Assembly (NCBI GenBank): GCA_050575255.1
Contig: JBNZDD010013721.1
Location: forward strand, 10,000,983-10,064,982
DNA from: Harriotta raleighana
Lineage: Eukaryota
Reading direction: 5' to 3'
DNA: 64,000 nucleotides
Shown: positions 54,847-64,000 of the stretch, piece by piece
How the letters are laid out: every line of letters begins with the position of its first letter
How positions within the stretch are numbered: the first letter of the stretch is position 1
Notes under the pieces: generated by a model
The model's database searches: none
What the model was told of the DNA's origin: nothing
The model's input: only the letters and a program-made list of their open reading frames with translations
Position numbers and translations under genes: made by a program

Positions 54847-55304
54847 AGCAAGCACTTTCTGTGTGTAACGTGCAAAGTAAATCTGGAACGCATACAGCTT
54901 GTTCTTTGTGTTTTGCAATCTGGACATAAAAGGTTATGATATTTCCATCTTGTAAAGTAGATCTTTTTTTTTTTCGTTTTCTCAACAAACTTGACAGCAT
55001 TCTGCCTTACACATACATTTGTCACAGTGTCTCATTGTGGCGGCAGATCTCAATAATGTGAATGAACATAAGAACATATCCTTTGCATTTGATACAGCAC
55101 ATTTCACGTTGGAAGGATGCCACAAAGCACCTTCTGTGATTTTACTGTGAAGTGACTGCAGTGACTGTGTCTTTGGTAGGCAAATCCCGCAGCCAATTTG
55201 TGCACAGCGAAGTCCCACAAACAGCTAAGATATTTGAAATGTTTGTCAATTTCACAAAGCACCAGAAGTTACATTTGCTGAAGTGTAAACGTTTAATAAT
55301 ACAG

Positions 55305-55611
55305 TATAACAATCATAATCCTTGCATTTGATATAGCGCTTTCCACATTTTCTAGACCTCTCAAAGCGCTTCACAAAATATACTGCAAAGTGAATTGACT
55401 GTATATTTTTGGGCGAAACGCGGCAGTCAATTGCGCACAGCAGCGTCCCACAAACAGTCGTGGATTGGAATGACCAATTTATTATAGGTTTTTTTTTGGA
55501 GGATTATTAGGCGTGTGGAGTAAGGAAACTTGCCCAAGGTTTCGCCCTGATCTGCCTGGATTTGAAATACGTGTCACGCTTATAAAGGCAAGTGCTCTAA
55601 CCACTGAGCTA
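55305..55611 (-). mobile_element. SINE copy between the PDYN and HELZ2 3' ends (older Deu-like copies at ~55075-55225 and ~41650-41850)
   Basis: Same consensus, well preserved. Confidence 0.9.
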
Positions 55612-55908
55612 CTTTGTATTTAGAACATAATTCAATTAAAACACAACTAGGAGGACCTAATGTGGGCAGTGATCTTATAGGATAATCACATCACTGGCTG
55701 TGTCCTTTGCATACGAGAACATTGCAAGAGGGTGTCACAAAACAAATGAGATCTCTTTGAAGAGATCGTCACCAGCTTACAGAGGGAAATGTAACAATCA
55801 TGCCAAACTCATCTGGTCTTCTGACAGTTTATTTAATGATATCACTGACCAGTGTGAGATCAAACTAACCCACAAAATAAGTCTTAAATCGGAATTCTCT
55901 ACATTACA

Positions 55909-55914
55909 TTTATT
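55909..55914 (-). terminator. Candidate HELZ2 polyadenylation signal (would give a ~3.3 kb 3'UTR)
   Basis: AATAAA on the minus strand at the end of a largely repeat-free stretch. Alternatives lie near 55950 and 57928. Confidence 0.35.
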
Positions 55915-58900
55915 CTTCAATCGTTTACAAAATTGTAAAAAGTAGTCGTTTTATTAGCCCCCCCCCACCCAAAAAAAATTCACATTTTCCTGGTAAGAAT
56001 GTGCTAAAGATATATATTTTTTAAACAAAATTGAGATAGTTTTGATTCTATTCCTATTAAAACATGTCAATCAACTTCCAGTGCAATGCGTTTAGCACTT
56101 GATAGCTAAGGACTCAACAATTTATACAACTCTGGTGTGAGATTGCGTATTTTAACCAGTACATGCACAGCATCTACTTTCAAATGCAAAACATACGTTA
56201 GCACAATTTCATTAACGTTTCCACATGACACCGAGCAAAATAAAGGTGGCATCTTTAATAAACATAATTGATAAAAACATAATTCAAAGAAAGAATAACT
56301 TATCATAGAAACAACTTAATTTAAAAGTCTCAAATTATTATAATGGCACTTAACACTGTACTTTGATTTGTAGACATCTATATCAAGCACAATATTCTAA
56401 CCTGATACTTTAGAATAAGGGAATATAAAACACAGACGCCATACACCTCTCCTGTTAATATGTTGGTAAAAATGGTCAGACTAGAGACACATTGAGAGGG
56501 TAGGCCAAAAAAAACTCGCTAGAGTATTGTGCAGGTAAAATCAGAACATTCGGAATCTATTCATCACAACTTAAAAGAGGAATATACCTTCTATACTGCC
56601 GTCTCCAAAAATATAATAAATTTGCTATAAATCCATTCCTTCAAGGAGGATAGTTTGAAAATGGCATGAATGCCTTAATAATTTAGAAATTCCTTAACTT
56701 AGTGGCTTTGCCCCAGCCCTCGCTTTCTCTTGCATTTCCAGTTCAGGTAGAATGACAGACTGAAAGCCAGTCAAAACTTATTTGTCCCTTGTTAGGAAAT
56801 AAAATCACTTATTAACTGGAAATCATGACACTATAAGCTGCTAGAAACTATTTTCTTTTTAATTTAGAATCACTTGCAGCACAGAAACAGCCCATTCAAC
56901 CCAAGTAGTCTGTGGTTGCGTTTATACACCACAGGAGCCTCCGAAATCCCTCTATTCTATTCTTTCCTCGCTCATTTCTGCACCAAGTCTCCTCTTATTT
57001 AAACTCTCAATTTTTGAAAGACATTTGGAATTATAAATGAGTCCAGTACTGATTTGTGTGCGAATTACAAAGTATCTGCAAAATTAAGGGTATTGAAGTA
57101 TATTTTGTTTAATTATTGCTACTCAATGTTAGGAACAGGAAAGCATCAGGAAATGATGTTAAATGCAAGTGGACTGATGTTAGCTCTGCAAAGTGAGAGA
57201 GGATAAGACTCAATTAGGTTGTGCCTCGAGATTTGTCTCTCCCTCAAACCTGCTGGTGGTTGTGGCAGAGAATTTCACCTGTTTCAAAAGAAATCTTGAA
57301 TATCTGCCTCCGGAATGATCTAGAATAGCAAATATGGTCTCAACAGAAAGGAGCTAGAGATTGCACATTCTGGAAAAGGATCAATGGTGGAAAGTGCTCA
57401 CTATTGGGCCCCAAAAACTCAGTTTACAGAACAAGTATATAAAAATAAGACTTTGCTTAAAATTTGTCTACATTGTAAAACAGCCTGAATCTAAACAGTT
57501 GGCAGGAAGCAAAAAAAACTGAAAGAAAGGTACATTCACTGAAAAAAATCACTTCATTAAAAATATCATGACAATTTAGTTTCACAGAAGCATAAGGAAA
57601 TAGCATTGTAGATGACAAAACTCTCTGGTAAACAATGTTAGAGGCTGTGCATAACTTGTGTATAGAGTGTAGATTTTGCAAATAAATTTACCTATAAAAG
57701 TCCAATCCCTAATACCACTTTCTATTTTGCATTGCTTGTTTTTTTTTTCTGGCTACCAGTCGTGTCAATGAACATTACAGGAACCACTCAGTTACCTTAA
57801 TTTTCACACGTGTAACTATTCTTTCAGTGAATTTGATTGTCTTAGCAAAATATGAATTCTCCCTGAAGATGAAAAGGAAGCTACTAGTGCTTTATATCAC
57901 TTCCTCTCCACTAGTAGTTTGGTATTATTTATTCAATTAACTCAACAGTGGGAATGTTTGTATCAAAGAAATTACCTGATCCCCTTACCTAGGGCTTTCT
58001 AAGAAAACATCAACCTTGTTTATCGATTGGGTAAGAACAAGAGTAAGCAATCGTGCAAAAAAAAAAAAAAGTTGTATCCTCTCAAACGCAGAGAAAGACT
58101 TTAGGGTTGATAAACAACCAGGCAATAAAATGGCAAAACAACACATTTAAGAAAGAATATAAAGTTAACTTTATAGATAGCCATTGGAGGTGAATTCTAA
58201 AGGAATTAAAGTCCAGGGCTTAATTTGGGAGCTGTGTAAATGAAACGTGTATGCAAGAACAGTCCCCATCGTTGGAGTAATCTCCGCTATTTTCATATGG
58301 CTAAATCACCAAGGCCCTCTTGTGGCAGATACTCATGGTATCACAAAGGCACTCAAACTCACAGACAATGTCAAAAATGCTGAGATTTGGGTTCTAGTTC
58401 AGCGACCCTTACTAAATACTTGGCCACCTCTCCTGCACCAGAACTTCATATGGAATAAAATCTTATTTATACATCACCGACAAAGACTCAAAGGAATCAA
58501 CCAAATGCTCTCGTTGTTGGCAGGAATCCGTGAAGCCAAAGCGTTCTCCTTTTTAAAAAAAAAGTTCTAAAAAAAAGTTCGGCCATAGTAGTAAAATTGG
58601 TCCTTTAAAAATGTCAGTAAAAAGTACAATTTTGAGTACAACGTGAATAAAATATTGCGCTCTCTATCCAGTGGCAAGTGCAAATATTTTCTTTTTTTTG
58701 GTCCACAAAACATTCGAAACATTATAAACTCTAAAATGGCTACAAAAATAGGAATGCTGCTATTAGTAAACCTCGAACTCAGAGCAAAGTACTGTAAGTG
58801 CATCTTAAAAAAATAAGCATCAATTTCACATGTGCACACGTGCCTTCTAAAAAAAAATCCTTTTGACTTGTTTAGCTTGGAATTGGGTGTTAAAATATTG

Positions 58901-59216
58901 TACATGATTGGATCGAAGAAACCTCTTTCCGAATGAGTCGAAAAATCTAAAACTGACTTCTCTGCACCTGCGTTTAGCACAGGTCGGATAAATGGATTCA
59001 CTTCACTTTGGTAATTGTTACTGTAAAAATGGTTTTGTATTTGTGTGCTTGTGTGTTGAAAGTAGAGATGTAAAAGTTAGACGAACTGGAATTAATTAAG
59101 GCCTGCAATAGGTACAGGCCTGCATCCCAATAGGGTCTTTGCAAGTTTCTCACAGATATTAAAATATAACGGCAGTTCTGATTCTGGCTAGAAGTGGGAA
59201 TGCAGTTTGAGATTTA

Positions 59217-59326
59217 CTATACTGTTGAAACCGTAATATCTTCACCCTTGACCAGTCGGTTCTGCTCCCTGTAATGCGCCAGCAGATCCTTCCATAGAGT
59301 ACTGCACCTCAGTAAGTGTTCATTTC
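59217..59326 (-). CDS. HELZ2: HELZ2-like helicase, last coding exon
   Basis: Acceptor TTTTTTAG; in-phase GNEHLLRCSTLWKDLLAHYREQNRLVKGEDITVSTV*. Confidence 0.88.
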
Positions 59327-60107
59327 CTAAAAAACAGATAAAATGCTGAGAACAACACTCGCTTAGTTCATCTATATATTTTTTTTTTTACAATGACCAC
59401 AACCATACTACGTGTGTGCAACTGCCACCGTTGATGGACCCTTGAACACAAGCGAAAATAATTTATAAACTACCATAGAAAACCACATCACCAGCCCTGA
59501 AACAGTCTATATACTTTAATCAAGGCGTGAGTGAGGAGCATCATAGAATCAGAGCATCATCTTATGACTGTTGAAATGTCTCAAAGCCCTTCGCGGGATA
59601 TCGAGTGTTTGGGAAAACTTGTATGGTGAAAAAACACAGAATAGAACACCATTTCAAACAACTTGAAAACATTTAGCAATGCTGCTTTACGGGTGAAATT
59701 TGCTGAATGTATGAGAGAAACATTGCAAGTTTCAGACCATTTTAACCTATAAACACACCAACCCTGCTCTTCCTGTAGGTGTCAGTAAGCCTCCACAGAA
59801 TGATTTAACACTGCATTTCACAGACTGGATTCCTATTTGCATTGCCTTTCGGGAAACTGGAGCGTTGCATCAAAGGAAAGGATGAATCTATTGATCGCAA
59901 TGCATTTATTCCATAGCACGTGGCAAAGAAGCCGACGGGAGGCCTGGCTATGACTTTTCAACCGCAAAATACACAGATAATTTACTTTACAATATATTCT
60001 GCAAAGCGCTTTCAGACATCTTACAGACATGATAGTGTGCTATACCAAATTATTATGATAATTGTTATTATAATAGGGTTATTATTATTGTCATCAATAC
60101 CCCCTAT

Positions 60108-60818
60108 TCATAGAATCATAGAAAGTTACAGCACAGAAGGAGGCCATTCGGCCCATCGAGTCTGTGCTGACTCTCTGACAGAGCAATGTCACTTTCATTA
60201 ACCCCAATCACCAGCTTTCTCCCCATAACCCTGCAAACCCGTCTTCCCCAGATACCTATCCAGTTTTCTCTTAAAAGCTGCTATCGAATCGGACCTCACT
60301 ACCCTTTCAGGCAGATCATTCCAAATCCGAACAACCCTCTGAGGAAAAAATTTCTTCTAACCTCCCCTCTGCTTCTTTTGGAAAATATCTTAAGACTGTG
60401 ACCTCGGGTCACAGACCCACCTACCAGCGGAAACAGCTTTTCCTATCCAGCCTGTCGAAACCTTTCATGATCTTGAAGACCTCTATCAGGTCCCTGCGTA
60501 ATCTTCTCTGCTCTAATGGGAAAAGTCCTAACTTCTCCAGCCTGTCCTCATAGCTAAGGTTCCCCATTCCTGGAATCATTCTTGTGAATCGCCTCTGCAC
60601 CCTTTCCAGTGCCTTAATGTCCTTCCTGTAGTAAGGTGCCCAGAACTGGACACAGTACTCCAGCTGAGGCCTAACCAGTGTTTTGTATAAATTAAGCATA
60701 ACTTCCCTACTCTTAAACTCTATGCCCCTACTAATAAAGCTCAATACACTAAATGCCTTTTTTACTGCCTTATCTACCTGCCCTGCTACCTTTAATGATT
60801 CGCTTACTATTATCCCCA
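60108..60818 (-). mobile_element. CR1 LINE 3' end in the last HELZ2 intron; same family as 5560-6052
   Basis: LYKTLVRPQLEYCVQFWAP...LERVQRRFTRMIPG; highly similar to the 5.6 kb copy; short-repeat tail at ~60108-60123. Confidence 0.94.
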
Positions 60819-60939
60819 AATGTGATGAGAATTTGGAGGATTATGACACTGTCGTGAGACAGCGAGTCAGGGTGAACCATTGGGGGAAAGTAATCAAATG
60901 GGAAGTAGCGAAGGCAGAAAAGTGTGGAAACAGCGTCAT

Positions 60940-61256
60940 TACATTAATAACAATCCTTGCATTTGATACAGCGCTTTTCATGTCTTCGAGACGTCTCAAA
61001 AGCGCTTCACAGAATATATTGTAAAAAGTGAATTGACTGTATATTTATGGGCAGCCAATCGCGCACAGCAGTGTCTCACAAACAGTCGTGGATTGAAATG
61101 ACCAACTTATTATAGGTTTTTTTTGGAAGGATTATTATCAGGCATGTGGAGTAAGGAAAACTTGCCCAAGGTTTCGCCCTGACCTGCCTGGGTTCGAAAC
61201 ACAGGTTTCACGCTTGTAAGGCAAGCGATCTAACCACTGAGCTACAGGAGCTCCAC
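60940..61256 (-). mobile_element. SINE copy in a HELZ2 intron (others at ~59960-60070 +, ~61665-61785 +, ~61811-62118 -, ~62620-62985 -, ~63392-63708 -)
   Basis: Same consensus; every HELZ2 intron seen carries at least one copy. Confidence 0.9.
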
Positions 61257-61360
61257 AGTCATGCAATAGGTACTATTTATAAAATGTAAATTAGAACGTG
61301 TCATTTAGTTCTTGTCAAGCATTTTTCTAAAAACTTTTAAGTGTTGGCTTTTTTACTCAC

Positions 61361-61528
61361 CTAGAATGCAGAGACCTTCTTGAGCTCTTGTAAGTGCAAC
61401 ATTCACTTGGTTCGGATCAGTGATAAAACCCAGATGTTTCTTCAGCCAGGATTTGGAAGGATTAATGTCAATGTCTTTGTGTGGAAGTGAGCGAACTGCA
61501 GATACAATGACATATCGCCACTCGCTTC
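61361..61528 (-). CDS. HELZ2: HELZ2-like helicase, penultimate exon
   Basis: 168-nt phase 1-1 exon: GSEWRYVIVSAVRS...LGFITDPNQVNVALTRAQEGLCILG (motifs V-VI). Confidence 0.92.
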
Positions 61529-62269
61529 CTGTAAGTAAATATAAGCAAATGTTGTGGGGTTTTTTTGTTGCTGTTCATGTTCTGGGTGTATCTTATCATT
61601 CAATCGATCATAGGAATAGGAATTAAGCTCATATTAAAGAAGGAAGTTATTTGGCATCCCTCTGCTATTTGGCTGCCGCGTTTTGCCCACAAATACACAG
61701 TCAATTGACTTTACAGAACAGTATATTCTGTTAAGACGTCTTAGAAGACATGAAAAGCACTATATCAAATGCAAGGATTATGATTGTCTCAAGTAGCATA
61801 AATTGGTAAAAATAACAATAATAATCATTGCATTTGATATAGTGCTTTTCATGTCTTCTAGACTTCCCAAAGCGCTTCACAGATTATACTGTAAAGTGAA
61901 GTGACTGTATATTTGTGGGCGAAACATGGCAGCCAATTACGCACAGCAGCGTCCCACAACCAGTCGTCGATTGAAATGACCACATTTTTTGGGGCGGACG
62001 GATTATTATTAGGCATGCGGAGTACGGAAACTTGCCTAAAGTTTCACCCTGCGTGGAATTGAACCCAGGTCTCTCGCTTTTAAGGCGAGTGCTCTAACCA
62101 CTGAGCTACAGGACTCTACATTTCTGTGTTATTAATACAATCAGGAGGTGGCACTCTAATACAACAATACCTTCGATTTACATAACGCCCTCCACGCCGG
62201 ACGGCGTCTCAGAGAGCTTCGATCTCCAAATGATTATATATTAAATTTTCATCACAAAATATTAGTTAC

Positions 62270-62423
62270 CTTGACTTTTGATGATAGTACTCACAGTGAC
62301 CCCTGTAATTCGGATAAGGTTGAGAGACCTAATTATCTCTTGCACCTGTGCATTGTATGGTGTTAAAATTGCAATACTTTCTGGTCTGACCCTGGCAAGG
62401 ATTAGCTGCCTCACGATATGAAC
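62270..62423 (-). CDS. HELZ2: HELZ2-like helicase, internal exon
   Basis: 154-nt phase 0-1 exon: VHIVRQL...IAILTPYNAQV...VSTIIKSQG. Confidence 0.9.
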
Positions 62424-62998
62424 CTATTAGTCGGGAAGAGAATGAAACATCAGCTTTCAGAGACCATAAAGCCAAGAGGGTTATGCAGTCGATTACCACG
62501 TCTTTCAAGATGTCTCAAAGCGCTTCACAGAATACACTGTAAAGTGTATTTTGTGAATATTCCTTATATTTCCCTCCGCCCAACCTCACCAACCTATAAC
62601 ATCAATGCAAGATACTTATAATAATAATGCTTGCATTTGATAATACAGCAGTACTTTTAGTGTCTTCCAGGCATCTCAAAGAGCTTCACAGAATATATAC
62701 GATAAAGTGAATTGACTGTATATTTGTGGGCGAAACACGGCGGCCAATTGTGCACAGGGGGGTCCCCACAAACAGTCATGGATCGAGTGACCAAATTATT
62801 ATTATTTTGTTAAGGATTATTATCCCCAGAGAAGTGATCCACCAATCGACTAACAATCCTACTTACTGCTAGGTAAACAGAGACATACGGAGTAAGGAAA
62901 CTTGCCCAATATTTGTGTTGCCCTGCCGGGAATAGAACCCAGGTCTCTCGCATGCGAGGCGAGTGCTCTAACTGCAGGACTCCACACGAGTTACTTAC

Positions 62999-63220
62999 AG
63001 CCTTTTCAGCCTCTAATTTGTTTGCTCTGGAATTCTCGTTTCCTTCTTCAGTCGACACCACCAAACACATTTCATTCCCCATCAAGTGTCCAAAGAGAAT
63101 GGGGCAATTCCTGCTCCCACGGTGACAGAAGATGCTTGGGGGTCTGTGATCAACTTCTTTACCAGTCCTCAGTCTTCCTCTATAAAACCTCTCAGAGGGG
63201 AACCGGCAGATTTCTCTGTG
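62999..63220 (-). CDS. HELZ2: HELZ2-like helicase, internal exon
   Basis: 222-nt phase 0-0 exon: HREICRFPSERFYRGRL...CPILFGH...STEEGNENSRANKLEAEKA. The EGNENS motif is typical of HELZ2. Confidence 0.9.
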
Positions 63221-63821
63221 CTGGGGAAAGGCGAAATAATAACATCACTTTCACGAGCACTGGATTCACTATGTTTACCTAGCATTTCAGAATTCGTCCA
63301 GGATTTTATCAATAATTTGTGGAGTTCAGTCTCAGCTCTGAAGCTGGTATTCGACATTCATTTCAAAACAAGAGTTTGAAAAAATATATTAGAATAATCC
63401 TTGCATTTGATATAGCCCTTTTCACATCTTATCGACGTCTCAAAGCGCTTCACAGAACATACTGTAAAGTGAATTGACTGTGTATTTGTGGGAGAAAAGC
63501 GGCAGCCAATTGCGTACAGCAGCGTCCCCCACAAACAGTCGTGGATTGAAATGACCAATTTTTATTATTGTGTGTTTTTTGGTGGGATGGATTATTATCA
63601 GGCGTGTGGAGTAAGGAAACTTGCCCAAGCTCTCGTCCTGATCTGCCTGGATTCAAACACAGGTCTCACTCACCGCTTGTAAGGCGAGTGCTCTAACCAT
63701 TGAGCTACAATATAGATTAAGGTGGAGTTTCTCCCGCAATATTTTCCGATGTTCGTCTGTTAAATTACTAGGAAATCTTTATCAGCCTTAAGGGTGCAGG
63801 CAACGCAAATACTGTACTCAC

Positions 63822-63956
63822 CATCCGATATTGCACGTCGAGCATTCGAGCTCGCGAAACATAGCGCTCAAACAGAGATACCTCCATACCCAGGCGTCTG
63901 CAGTATTCATTGATGACAATAGGTCTCAACTGCTTATGATCTCCAAGTAGAACAAT
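63822..63956 (-). CDS. HELZ2: HELZ2-like SF1 (UPF1-like) helicase, internal exon
   Basis: AG/GT-bounded 135-nt exon: IVLLGDHKQLRPIV...SLFERY...MLDVQYRM (motif III GDxxQL and QYRM). Confidence 0.9.
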
Positions 63957-64000
63957 CTGAATCGGGTTTAAAAAAAAAAGGCATCAACAACAATAATTGG

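Noticed and set aside
63140-63150. Suspected frameshift in the HELZ2 exon
   Set aside because: Recounting the G5 run gives an intact frame (DHRPPSIF); the exon is 222 nt.

Overview
Vertebrate genomic DNA, not prokaryotic. The tRNA/Deu-domain SINE, CR1, L2 and Penelope repeat content suggests a cartilaginous fish, most plausibly a holocephalan such as elephant shark (inference). Three genes are supported. (1) STK35 on the minus strand: the kinase domain is one uninterrupted GC-rich ORF (26574-27876, open into an N gap), with a probable 3'UTR intron and a ~5.4 kb terminal exon. (2) Prodynorphin (PDYN) on the plus strand: two coding exons, 262 aa, head-to-head with STK35. (3) The last five coding exons of a HELZ2-like SF1 helicase on the minus strand, tail-to-tail with PDYN and running off the window end. 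The most unusual signals are in the PDYN peptides. The neoendorphin slot encodes YAGFFTKGLGY instead of a YGGF core. The dynorphin-A slot is an 18-mer hybrid of proenkephalin BAM-18/metorphamide and dynorphin A. Three decayed enkephalin relics lie upstream. Also seen: two decayed Penelope-type minimal hammerhead ribozymes, inverted SINEs around an in-frame-skippable HELZ2 exon, and many short duplications next to Ns that look like assembly artefacts. No gene could be recognised in 1-18000 or 30000-50000. Repeat boundaries are approximate, and comparisons to human sequences are from memory rather than from a search.
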